Below, in pieces: positions 53,106 through 61,870 of a stretch of DNA of 64,000 bases (positions are counted from its first letter, which is position 1; the number at the start of each line of letters is the position of its first letter). Origin of the DNA: Dehalococcoidia bacterium (GTDB taxonomy: Bacteria > Chloroflexota > Dehalococcoidia > SZUA-161); assembly GCA_014874385.1 (NCBI GenBank), contig JACWAE010000025.1, forward strand, positions 3,910 through 67,909, in the 5' to 3' direction. The notes under the pieces were generated by a model. That model was not told where the DNA came from. It made no database searches and saw nothing but the letters and a program-made list of their open reading frames with translations. Made by a program: the position numbers and the translations under genes.

Positions 53106-53486
53106 CTAGCCGGGGCGGGCTACAGCCCAGATGGCGCGAAACGCGCTGATCACAGCCGCCGGCGCCATGAAGGTTGCCAGGTAGCCCACGATGCTGTCTA
53201 TCCTTGTGCCTGCAGCTCCCCCCAGGTCATTAAGAGGGGCGAATCCAGCTTTGCCTACTACAATCAAGGCGATGGCAGCGATTAGCAAAGGGAGCACTTC
53301 CTTGCCGGTGATATTGAGCACGCCGACGAGGATGCCCATGATGGCCAGCGCTAGCGTGATGCTGCCATAGTCCCGGTACCCGATGCCACCGACTATCGCT
53401 AGAACTATCCCACCGAGGAAGGCCAGCAGGCCGATGGTGCCGGCGAGCCTTTTTACAGCATCTGGCTGTTTAGCTTCTTCTGCCAT
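53106..53486 (-). CDS. Hypothetical small membrane protein
   Basis: 126 aa with 4 hydrophobic, Gly/Ala/Ile-rich helices. Confidence 0.5.
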   Translation of the reverse strand: MAEEAKQPDAVKRLAGTIGLLAFLGGIVLAIVGGIGYRDYGSITLALAIMGILVGVLNITGKEVLPLLIAAIALIVVGKAGFAPLNDLGGAAGTRIDSIVGYLATFMAPAAVISAFRAIWAVARPG

Positions 53487-53735
53487 TTTCTATGCTCCTT
53501 TCCTTTCGTTCATTAGCACGGAATTCTACAAGAGTAATCTACGATTGTCAAGAGCCTTTAACTCGAAATTATCTATCAGGTAAACGAGCGGTGCAGGGAA
53601 GCGAAGCCCCTTTGCCAGGAGCCTGGGAGCACACAATACCGAAGGTCTCGAGACTATTCGCACCGAAGAAGTAGATAAAAGCTTCGGGGCACACTCTCTA
53701 TTTCCCTTGACATATCGCTCAATATCCTCTACAAT

Positions 53736-53751
53736 ATTCATAGATTTGAAT
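53736..53751. promoter_or_regulatory. Palindrome ATTCA-N6-TGAAT upstream of arsR-like gene (candidate operator)
   Basis: Inverted 5-mers in an AT-rich promoter region, 24 nt upstream of the ArsR start. Confidence 0.3.
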
Positions 53752-53774
53752 ATTATAATATAAAGATTGAATCT

Positions 53775-54125
53775 ATGATAGATGAATCTCAGATTCAGCT
53801 TTTCAAACAGCAGGCCAGTATCTGCAAGACTATGGCCGATGCTAAACGTCTCATGATACTCCATGAGCTTCGGGACAGCGAGGCATCGGTGGGCCAACTG
53901 GTCTCCAGCCTGGGCTTGCCTCAGTCCAATGTCTCGCAGCACCTGGCTATCCTCAGAGAAAGGGGCATCGTCACCACGCGCCGCAAAGGAACCACTATTT
54001 ACTACAGCCTGGCTCATCCCAAGATAGGCAAGGCCTGCGACCTAGTACGCGAGGTTCTCGCCGACCAGTTGTCTCAGAATCAGGCCCTGGTCAAGTCCCT
54101 GGGACATCGCGGCAAGCAAGCTTAA
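53775..54125 (+). CDS. ArsR/SmtB family transcriptional regulator
   Basis: 'CKTMADAKRLMILHELRDSEASVGQLVSSLGLPQSNVSQHLAILRERGIV'. Confidence 0.88.
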   Translation: MIDESQIQLFKQQASICKTMADAKRLMILHELRDSEASVGQLVSSLGLPQSNVSQHLAILRERGIVTTRRKGTTIYYSLAHPKIGKACDLVREVLADQLSQNQALVKSLGHRGKQA

Positions 54126-54147
54126 GCAGGTAGTGAGGGAGGATTCA

Positions 54148-57100
54148 ATGGGCAAGGTAAACAGCAAGCAGCAGGCATATCTCGAAGGTAAATTCGGCAG
54201 CCGCGTATGTTTCCGTAAGACAGAGCGTAAGCTCTATGGACACGATATAGCTGCTGTGCCTGGTTTAATCAAACCGCTAATCGGCAATACCACGCCCGAG
54301 GCAGTGGTGCAGCCTGAGACGGAGCAGGAGTTGGTGGAACTGTTACGCTGGGCTGCCCGGAACAAAGTGCCGCTCACTCCCCGCGGCAAGGCTTCGTCGG
54401 GCTACGGTGGCGTGTTGCCTGTGAAAAACGGCGTAGTTGTCGACTTCTACCGCATGAATCGGATAATCAAAATTGACCCCAAGGCTCAGACCGTCACCGT
54501 GCAGGCTGGCGTGATATGGGAGAAGCTGGACAGGGAGCTTGGTAAGCAGGGATTGACTTTGAGGCTATATCCCTCAAGCTATCCCTCGTCCACAGTAGGT
54601 GGCTGGCTGGCTCAGGGCGGTGCTGGCATTGGCTCCTACGAGGCAGGTTGGTTCCCCGACAACGTGGTCAGCGCGCGTGTGGTGTTACCCAACGGCGAGG
54701 TCAAAGAGTTCGCAGGTAAGGAGCTTGACCTGATATCGGAAGCTGAAGGCATCACCGGCTTCATCAGCGAGGTCACAGTCCGCGTCATGCCTCTGGATGA
54801 ACTGGAGATTGTTGCCATCGGCTGCCCCGACCCTCACGATATGCAGAAGTTCGTGCAGGCTTTGATCGACGAAAAGCTGCCCATTTGGTCTCTGATATTC
54901 ATCAATCCTCGTATGGCCGAACTGAAAAACAGAGCTCCCTTGAGGGAGCATTACGGACGTCCTGTGGAGGAGCGGGTGCTGTTGCCTGCCGCTTACGTAC
55001 TTACCCTGGCTTTCCGTAAGAAAGACCGTGATGCTGTCATGGGCAAGCTGCCTCAAATGCTGAAGCTCTGCGAGGCGGAGATACTCAATGACCGCATTGC
55101 TCAGCACGAGTGGAAGGAACGCTTCAAGCTTATGGTCGTCAAGCGCCTGGGCCCCAGCCTGGTGCCTGCTGAAGTGGTGATCCCGCTCTCATCTTTAGGC
55201 GATGTTATGACCGAGATAGAGCACAAGGTGCACCAGCCTGTGGTCAAGGAAGGCGTCATTATCCGAGAGGGCTCCAAAGGCAAGCCGGAGGTAGTGATTC
55301 TGGGTTTTATCCCCAGCGACCAGCGCAAGTTCAACTACAACTTCGTGTTCAGCCTGGCCCTGACCATCATCAAGATCGCTGAGAAGAACGGCGGACGTGC
55401 CTACGCTACCGGGCTTTACTTTGCCAAGAAAGCGCCTGAGGTGTTGGGAAAGGAACGGGCCAGCAGATTGAAGGAATACAAGTCTCAGGTAGACCCCAGG
55501 AATATCCTTAACCCCGGCAAGGTTATCGGTAACGGTTTGATGGGCGCGTTCATGGGCCTGGCGAGTACCTTCGAGCCCCTCATACGCCCCTTTGGCAACA
55601 GAGTTATTCCCCAGATCGGTGAGCTTCCCGACAAACCTGTGCGCGGTATCCCTGCCGATGTGGCCTGGTATGCCTATGGCTGCTCTCAGTGCGGCTACTG
55701 TGTCGAGGAGTGCGACCAGTTCTATGGGAGGGGTTGGGAGAGCCAGTCGCCTCGGGGCAAATGGTACTGGCTGCGTGAGTATATGGAAGGTCGCGAGAAG
55801 TGGGACCAGTTTATGGCTCACACCATCCTGGCCTGTACCACATGCGAGCTATGCAACGTGCGCTGCTCTGCTTCATTGCCTATCGAGCCGGCATGGATGA
55901 AGCTACGTGGCCTTCTCATTGACGAGAAGAAGATGATGACCATACCGCCCTTTGAGATGATGGCGGCGGCAACCAGGAAGCAAGGCGATATCTGGGCCGG
56001 CTACCGTAAGAACCGCGATGACTGGTTCCCCCAGGATCTCAAGGAGAAGCACGGGCCTGCTCACAAAGCAAAGACAATCTATTTTGCAGGCTGCACTGCC
56101 AGCTATGTGGAGCATGATATAGGCATGGCCACTGTGCGCTTGCTCGATGCCGCCGGAGTTGACTTCTCCTACCTTGGTGAGAAGGAGAACTGTTGCGGCA
56201 TACCCATGTTGATGTGTGGCAAGTGGGATGTCTTCGCTGAGACTATAAAGAAGAACATGGCGGCTGCCAAGGTTGCCGGTGCTGATACCGTTATCACATC
56301 GTGTCCTGCCTGCAATATGATGTGGCGTAAGACTTATCCGGTGTGGGCTAAGAAGCTGGGCATTGAATACAATATCGAAGCGAAGCATTACAGCGAGGTG
56401 GTGGCGGAGAAGATAAAGTCAGGCGAGTTCAAGTTCCCTGCAAGTCTTCCTCCTACCACGGTTACCTGGCATGATTCATGCCACATAGGCCGAGTGTCGG
56501 GTGTTTACGAGCCGCCGCGCGATGTCATCAAGGCTATACCTAATGTAAAATTAGTGGAGATGCCCTACAATCGCGAGGAAGCGCATTGCTGCGGCAGCGT
56601 GCTCACCCTGATCAAAGACCCGCCTGTGGCTGCCGAAGTGGGCAAGACCCGGCTCGACGAGGCGCTGGAGGTTGGCGCTGACAAGGTGCTGGCGCTCTGC
56701 CCCTGCTGCGAGTTCCAGTTCCGCGTCACCGCTGACAAGAAGAAGACGCCCGTCGAGGTGATAGACCTGGCGCGCTTCGCAGCCTCGGCCCTGGGCTACA
56801 AGTTCCCCGACCCCCACCCGGAGGTGCAGAGGCAGTGGGCGGTGTTCGAGGGCATGATTGCGCTGATGTCGCCGCAGGGCTTTGCCGACCTCATGGGTAC
56901 GATGTGGCCGGAGCTGATTGAGGCTATGCCCTTCGGCATGGGCGGAATGATGCGGGTGATGGGCAGGATTCCCTTGACGCTGGAGTTGATGAAGCCCATG
57001 TTCCCCATCCTGTTCCCGCGGCTGCTGCCCATGATGATGCCCAAGGTGATGCCGTTAATGCTGAAGAAAGTTGGGGAGCGCATCCCCATGCCGGACTACA

Positions 57101-57228
57101 TGGCGGAGCAGATGCCCGAGATGATGCCCGGAGTGATGGACAGTCTAATGCCGCACATGATAGGCGATGTAGTTCCCTTGGTGACACAGCCTATGATTGA
57201 TTATCTAAGAGGCAAGACCAAGAAGTAA
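54148..57228 (+). CDS. FAD-binding oxidase (GlcD-like) fused to 4Fe-4S and two CCG (GlpC/HdrD-like) domains, with a Met-rich C-terminal tail
   Basis: FAD_binding_4 region ('PRGKASSGYGGVLP'), 'CSQCGYCVEEC' and 'CTTCELCNVRC'. CCG motifs 'CCGIP' and 'HCCGS'. The last 111 residues contain 23 Met. ATG 54148 has a GAGGGAGG RBS. Confidence 0.8.
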   Translation: MGKVNSKQQAYLEGKFGSRVCFRKTERKLYGHDIAAVPGLIKPLIGNTTPEAVVQPETEQELVELLRWAARNKVPLTPRGKASSGYGGVLPVKNGVVVDFYRMNRIIKIDPKAQTVTVQAGVIWEKLDRELGKQGLTLRLYPSSYPSSTVGGWLAQGGAGIGSYEAGWFPDNVVSARVVLPNGEVKEFAGKELDLISEAEGITGFISEVTVRVMPLDELEIVAIGCPDPHDMQKFVQALIDEKLPIWSLIFINPRMAELKNRAPLREHYGRPVEERVLLPAAYVLTLAFRKKDRDAVMGKLPQMLKLCEAEILNDRIAQHEWKERFKLMVVKRLGPSLVPAEVVIPLSSLGDVMTEIEHKVHQPVVKEGVIIREGSKGKPEVVILGFIPSDQRKFNYNFVFSLALTIIKIAEKNGGRAYATGLYFAKKAPEVLGKERASRLKEYKSQVDPRNILNPGKVIGNGLMGAFMGLASTFEPLIRPFGNRVIPQIGELPDKPVRGIPADVAWYAYGCSQCGYCVEECDQFYGRGWESQSPRGKWYWLREYMEGREKWDQFMAHTILACTTCELCNVRCSASLPIEPAWMKLRGLLIDEKKMMTIPPFEMMAAATRKQGDIWAGYRKNRDDWFPQDLKEKHGPAHKAKTIYFAGCTASYVEHDIGMATVRLLDAAGVDFSYLGEKENCCGIPMLMCGKWDVFAETIKKNMAAAKVAGADTVITSCPACNMMWRKTYPVWAKKLGIEYNIEAKHYSEVVAEKIKSGEFKFPASLPPTTVTWHDSCHIGRVSGVYEPPRDVIKAIPNVKLVEMPYNREEAHCCGSVLTLIKDPPVAAEVGKTRLDEALEVGADKVLALCPCCEFQFRVTADKKKTPVEVIDLARFAASALGYKFPDPHPEVQRQWAVFEGMIALMSPQGFADLMGTMWPELIEAMPFGMGGMMRVMGRIPLTLELMKPMFPILFPRLLPMMMPKVMPLMLKKVGERIPMPDYMAEQMPEMMPGVMDSLMPHMIGDVVPLVTQPMIDYLRGKTKK

Positions 57229-57252
57229 AAGGCTAAGGTCTGATTATCGTTG

Positions 57253-57580
57253 GTAGGGGCACGGTGCACCGTGCCCCTACCAACATTTGTTAGAGGTGAT
57301 GACACTGTGATAATTGGAGGGCGATGTTAGAGAAATGTAGGGGCGAGGTGCCCTCGCCATGGGCGCATGCCATGCGCCCCTACACAGCATATAACATGAC
57401 GATGAGATTATTTATGCGTAGGGGCAGACCCGTGTGTCTGCCCAAAATCGTGTTTAAGGGCGAACACATGGGTTCGCCCCTACGGGACATATAGTGCGCC
57501 ACCACATGTTAATTCGCAGATCATAGGGTCGGTGCTCTGCCACCGACCTTTCGGGCAGCGGACAGAGCCGCTGCCCTATG
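57253..57580. repeat. Cluster of four GTAGGGGC/CATAGGG-type palindromic REP units (BIME-like)
   Basis: Units at 57253-57280 (perfect 28-nt palindrome), 57337-57383, 57418-57483 and 57522-57580. The latter three are double hairpins closed by GTAGGGG...CCCCTAC or CATAGGG...CCCTATG. Confidence 0.75.
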
Positions 57581-57677
57581 ATTGACCTTATTGATGCTAG
57601 ATTCTGTTATACTACTGATTAGGTTAAACCTAATGCCTGTCTCAAAATACATACGGGGTTTCCTGGGGAAGGGAACG

Positions 57678-58199
57678 ATGTCTCAGAAAGAACTCGAAGG
57701 GCTGTGGTTGGACTTGCGCAAACATTTTGAGGTCTTGAATCAGCAAAGAGGGACCATTCGAAAGAAGCTAGAGCAATATGCAGATGGGAAGAAACTGAAG
57801 GGTGACGAGTATGTTGGTTGGCTAGGTGAGATAAACGGTAAACTACTACTAAATGGGAAATTGGTTCCTGATAGTCGCCTGTACAGCCACGACCTAGTGA
57901 CCAAAGATAGAAAGCGGATATCTATAAAGGCTCGCAAGGGTGAAAAGGGTTGGAAACACACGGGTATCATACCAGAGATAGATGGGCCTGAATGCCCAAC
58001 TCATCTGATGTTTGTGCACCTCAATAAAGACTACTCTGTTGATCGGATATGGCTCTATCCATGGGAGAAGATGCGAAAAACCCACCGGTTCAAGCCAAAA
58101 AAAGTTCGAGGAAAGCCCAGGGCATACTTCTTTGTAGTAAGTCCTGAATCTGATGGTGAATATCTCGTTTATCCAACTACAATCTCAGGCAACCGTTGA
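57678..58199 (+). CDS. Hypothetical protein, possibly PD-(D/E)xK-like
   Basis: AT-rich 173-aa ORF (ATG 57678 with a GGAAGGGA RBS). The 'GDEYVGWLGEINGKLLL...HDLVTKDRKRISIKARKG' layout resembles E...D...x-K nuclease cores. Weak. Confidence 0.4.
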   Translation: MSQKELEGLWLDLRKHFEVLNQQRGTIRKKLEQYADGKKLKGDEYVGWLGEINGKLLLNGKLVPDSRLYSHDLVTKDRKRISIKARKGEKGWKHTGIIPEIDGPECPTHLMFVHLNKDYSVDRIWLYPWEKMRKTHRFKPKKVRGKPRAYFFVVSPESDGEYLVYPTTISGNR

Positions 58200-58270
58200 T
58201 GAAAATGCGGCTTTATATCGACTAGAATTTCAATTGTTTTGCTAGCCAAGAGAATAAGGAACACTAACTC

Positions 58271-59989
58271 ATGCAGATCAAAGTTTTGTCTCCTGATGTA
58301 GCTTCAAAGATTGCCGCTGGTGAGGTGGTGGAGAGGCCGGCCTCGGTGGTCAAGGAGCTGCTGGAGAACTCGCTGGACGCCGGCGCTACCCAGATCGCCA
58401 TCGAGGTGCAGGGCGGCGGTGTGCGCCTCATCAGGGTGGTGGACAACGGCGCGGGCATACCTCCCGAGGAGGTAGACTTGGCCTTCGAGAGGTTCGCCAC
58501 CAGCAAGGTCGCCACAACCGACGACCTCGAGGGTATCTCCAGCCTCGGCTTCAGGGGAGAGGCCCTGCCATCAATCGCCGCTGTCTCCGAGGTCACCATG
58601 GTGACCCGCAGTAGGGACGAGCTTTCGGGGATTTTTGTTAACATAAAAGATGGCGCAATTTTAGAGAAAGCCAAGCGAGGCTGCCCCATCGGCACCACGG
58701 TCACCGTGCGTAACCTGTTCCGCAACGTCCCCGCCCGCCTCAAGTTTCTCAAGTCCACTGCTACAGAGAACGGCCATATCAGCAACCTGGTGGCACAGTA
58801 CAGCCTCGCCTTCCCCGAGGTACGTTTCACCCTGCTCATAGACGGGCGTACAGCCTTCCGCTCTACAGGCAGCGGCAATCTCAGGGAGGTGCTGGGAGCG
58901 GTCTACGGTCTTGAGGTCGCCAGGGCGATGCTTCTGATAGAAACTAAAGAGGGTGCCGACCCTTTGCTGCCCGGCGTCACGGGCTTCGTCAGTCCTATAA
59001 CGCTCACCCGCGCCAGCCGCAGCTACCTGAGCTTCTTCGTCAACCGGCGCTGGGTGCAGAGCCGCATGGCCACCTATGCCCTCGAGGAGGCCTACCAGGG
59101 TTTGCTCATGGTGGGCAGGCATCCCATAGCCGTAATCAATATCTCGCTGCCTCCTCAGGAGCTGGATGTCAATGTTCACCCTACTAAAAACGAGGTCAGG
59201 TTCCGCAACGAGCGCGATATCTTCTCCGCCGTGCAGAGAGCCGTCAGAGCCACCCTGACTGCACAGGCGCCCATGCCCACGCTGGATACCCTGCCTCAGC
59301 CTCAGCCAGTATCGGCTTCTCAGGCAGAGCATCTTCCTGCCTTCGCCGCCAGGCCTGAAGAAGCAGCAATCAGAACCCCCCTCGCCACCCCGCCCCAGAG
59401 CGCTGAGCCAGTCGCCAAATCCATACCTATCCTGCGCGTAGTGGGGCAGTTAGCCAATACCTATGTTATCGCCGAAGGGCCTGACGGTATGTATCTCATA
59501 GACCAGCATGCCGCGCATGAGCGCGTCCTCTTCGAAAAAATCCGTAACGAGCGTTCACGTAGAGCCCCTGAGGTCCAGGGGCTGCTCGAGCCTGTGACGG
59601 TGGAGCTCACGGTGCGCCAGCAGGAGCTGCTGGAGATACAGGCTGAGGCCCTCTCCGAGTACGGCTTCGGCATAGAGCATTTCGGCGAGCGCACCTATCT
59701 GGTGAGGTCGATGCCCGCTGTGCTCAGGGGACAGAACGTGGCGCAGTCGCTGGTTGAAGTGCTGGACTTTCTGGCAGAAGGGGAGAAGGGAGACCGCCGC
59801 GAGGATATTGCCGCTTCGCTGGCCTGTCACGGCGCAGTACGGGCAGGGCAGGCATTGAGTCACGAGGAAATGCGGGACTTAATAAGGCAACTGGAGCAAG
59901 CGTCTCAACCCCGCACGTGTCCGCACGGCAGGCCAACAATGATCCATCTCAGCTCCTTGCAGCTTGAGAAGGGCTTCGGCAGGAGATAG
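58271..59989 (+). CDS. mutL: DNA mismatch repair protein MutL
   Basis: GHKL ATPase N-terminus 'IAAGEVVERPASVVKELLENSLDAGA' and C-terminal dimerisation domain with 'CPHGRPT'. Confidence 0.95.
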   Translation: MQIKVLSPDVASKIAAGEVVERPASVVKELLENSLDAGATQIAIEVQGGGVRLIRVVDNGAGIPPEEVDLAFERFATSKVATTDDLEGISSLGFRGEALPSIAAVSEVTMVTRSRDELSGIFVNIKDGAILEKAKRGCPIGTTVTVRNLFRNVPARLKFLKSTATENGHISNLVAQYSLAFPEVRFTLLIDGRTAFRSTGSGNLREVLGAVYGLEVARAMLLIETKEGADPLLPGVTGFVSPITLTRASRSYLSFFVNRRWVQSRMATYALEEAYQGLLMVGRHPIAVINISLPPQELDVNVHPTKNEVRFRNERDIFSAVQRAVRATLTAQAPMPTLDTLPQPQPVSASQAEHLPAFAARPEEAAIRTPLATPPQSAEPVAKSIPILRVVGQLANTYVIAEGPDGMYLIDQHAAHERVLFEKIRNERSRRAPEVQGLLEPVTVELTVRQQELLEIQAEALSEYGFGIEHFGERTYLVRSMPAVLRGQNVAQSLVEVLDFLAEGEKGDRREDIAASLACHGAVRAGQALSHEEMRDLIRQLEQASQPRTCPHGRPTMIHLSSLQLEKGFGRR

Positions 59990-59992
59990 CCT

Positions 59993-60919
59993 CTACAGCT
60001 TCAGATACCCGTGGGCATAGAGCGTCTTGTTCTGCAAGATATTGACGGTCTTGGCTATGTCGCTCAGCACGGGGTCGCTCATGTCTACCTGGCTGGTATC
60101 GTACTGCTCCATAGCAACGTAAGCATCGTAAATTCCCAGATAGAGCTTGCCCTTCGGAGTGGAATCGTCCCTGGTATCGAGGATGCGTACTGCCTCCATA
60201 GTCTCTTTGTCCAGCGGGTCGAGTATTGCTGAATCCAGGCCTGCGCCGGCCATCATGATCAAGAAGATGCGGTTGAGCAAGGGGCGCAGGTCGGGAGGGC
60301 ACTGGTTGGACACGTTGGACAGGCCGCAGGTGGTCTTGGGTGGGGGGTCTGCCAGTTGTTTGAAGAATCTCACTGCATTTATGGTCTGTTGAGCCTGGTC
60401 CTGGTTGCCGTTCACTGTGAGCACCAGCGGGTCGAGCCAGATGTTCTCGATGGGCACGCCGTATTGTGCGGCTGCGGTGAAAGTGCGCTCGGTGGCGAGT
60501 TCGACGCGGGCATCGGCGGTGGTGGGTATGCCGCCTTTCGCCAGGGTGAGGGCGATGATATTGGCGTTATATTTAGCTGCCAGAGGCATCATTGCGCTTA
60601 AGCGTTCCTCTGTGGCATCGGTGCTGTTGATGAGCGCCGTTTTCTTGCAAACCTTAAGCCCGGCCTCGATAGCAGCGGCGTTGGAGGTATCCAGCGAAAG
60701 CGGCAGATCGACGACCTCCTGAATGGTCTGCACCATCCAGGGCATGACCTCGTGTCCTGCCTTCTTCTGAGGGCCGATGTTGAGGTCAAGATAGTCAGCG
60801 CCCTTTTCAGCCTGCTTTTTGGCTAGATTCTGGATGAAGGCCTTATCTCGATTCTCAACTGCCGCTTTAACATCCTTCGATATAATGTGGATGCACTCAC
60901 CTATGGCGATCAGCTTCAT
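59993..60919 (-). CDS. acsE: Methyltetrahydrofolate:corrinoid/Fe-S protein methyltransferase (pterin-binding, AcsE-like)
   Basis: 308-aa pterin-binding TIM-barrel pattern ('INSTDATEE', 'LDPLVLTV', 'GLSNVS'). Context with cooC, acsC and acsD supports the call. Confidence 0.75.
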   Translation of the reverse strand: MKLIAIGECIHIISKDVKAAVENRDKAFIQNLAKKQAEKGADYLDLNIGPQKKAGHEVMPWMVQTIQEVVDLPLSLDTSNAAAIEAGLKVCKKTALINSTDATEERLSAMMPLAAKYNANIIALTLAKGGIPTTADARVELATERTFTAAAQYGVPIENIWLDPLVLTVNGNQDQAQQTINAVRFFKQLADPPPKTTCGLSNVSNQCPPDLRPLLNRIFLIMMAGAGLDSAILDPLDKETMEAVRILDTRDDSTPKGKLYLGIYDAYVAMEQYDTSQVDMSDPVLSDIAKTVNILQNKTLYAHGYLKL

Positions 60920-60951
60920 CTAATTCCCTCCTTTTTTTGTATATGGGTGGA

Positions 60952-61022
60952 TTGGAGCATCCGCTCCAACCGTAGTTGCCTGATTTATCAGGATAGGCCT
61001 GCCCAATAAATTGGGCAACTAC
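60952..61022. repeat. Composite REP: TTGGAGCATCCGCTCCAAC hairpin plus GTAGTTGCC...GGCAACTAC double hairpin
   Basis: Same two modules as at 21690 (first) and 48520 (second). The 3' end overlaps the cooC stop codon (61019-61021). Confidence 0.7.
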
Positions 61023-61780
61023 ACTACCAGTCCCAATTTCCGGGCTACCTCAGCTACCCCTTTTTGTAGCGGCGAATCCGGAGGCAGCTCGATAAGCGGA
61101 GTGCCTTGTGCCTCCAGCTCCTTGATTTTCGGGTCTTCGGGTATCAGGGCTATAACCTGTAGAGATGCCTCCTCTATTGTCTGGGCGATTTTGGGCGGCA
61201 GAGGACTTGCAGCGCGATTGACTATGAGATGAATCTTACCTACGTAAGTCCTCAGGTCCTTTATCAGCGATTTCATGTTGGCGGCGGTGAGGATGCCTCT
61301 TACCGTAAGGTCTGAGACCAGGAGCATGATATCGATGTCCCGTGTGGTCTGCCTGCTGATGTGCTCCATGCCCGCTTCGCAATCGATTACCACATAGTCG
61401 TAGTTCTTCCCCAGCCGGTCAACGCAGGTGCGAATCATGTTGTTGGCAGCGCAGTAGCATCCCGGGCCCTCGGGGCGTCCCATGGCCAGCAGGTCTATTT
61501 GTGGCGATTCCACCAGGGACTCGCTTATCTTTATATCCAGGTAGTCCTGCTTGGCCAGGCCGGGCTCCATGGTTCTGGCCTTCACCTTGGCTGCCATCTC
61601 CTCTCTCACCTTACCTACAGTATCGTTCAGGGGCAAGCCCAGAGCCAGGTTGAGATTCGTAGCAGGGTCGGCGTCGATGGCCAGCACCGCACCCTTTTGG
61701 GAGAGCAGTTTGATGAGCAGGGCGGCGACAGTGGTCTTGCCGCTGCCGCCTTTACCAGCGATAGCTATGGTTGTAGTCAT
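61019..61780 (-). CDS. cooC: CooC/AcsF-type nickel-insertion ATPase
   Basis: Walker A 'AGKGGSGKTT' and the CxC motif 'GPGCYCAANN'. Confidence 0.88.
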   Translation of the reverse strand: MTTTIAIAGKGGSGKTTVAALLIKLLSQKGAVLAIDADPATNLNLALGLPLNDTVGKVREEMAAKVKARTMEPGLAKQDYLDIKISESLVESPQIDLLAMGRPEGPGCYCAANNMIRTCVDRLGKNYDYVVIDCEAGMEHISRQTTRDIDIMLLVSDLTVRGILTAANMKSLIKDLRTYVGKIHLIVNRAASPLPPKIAQTIEEASLQVIALIPEDPKIKELEAQGTPLIELPPDSPLQKGVAEVARKLGLVV

Positions 61781-61870
61781 TTCCCCATCACTTGCGGTAT
61801 TTGAAACTATGGAAGGGGTAGAATGCTGAGCAGACCCCTATCTACCCCTTCTCTCTAAATAAACTCGCTG

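Noticed and set aside
53526-54017. 163-aa minus-strand ORF
   Set aside because: It overlaps the well-supported ArsR gene in antisense, and the remainder covers the AT-rich promoter region.
57253-57580. Possible CRISPR array, suggested by repeated GTAGGGGC-type units
   Set aside because: The units are individually palindromic with variable cores and irregular spacing. There is no constant direct repeat alternating with unique spacers, and no cas genes are in the window.
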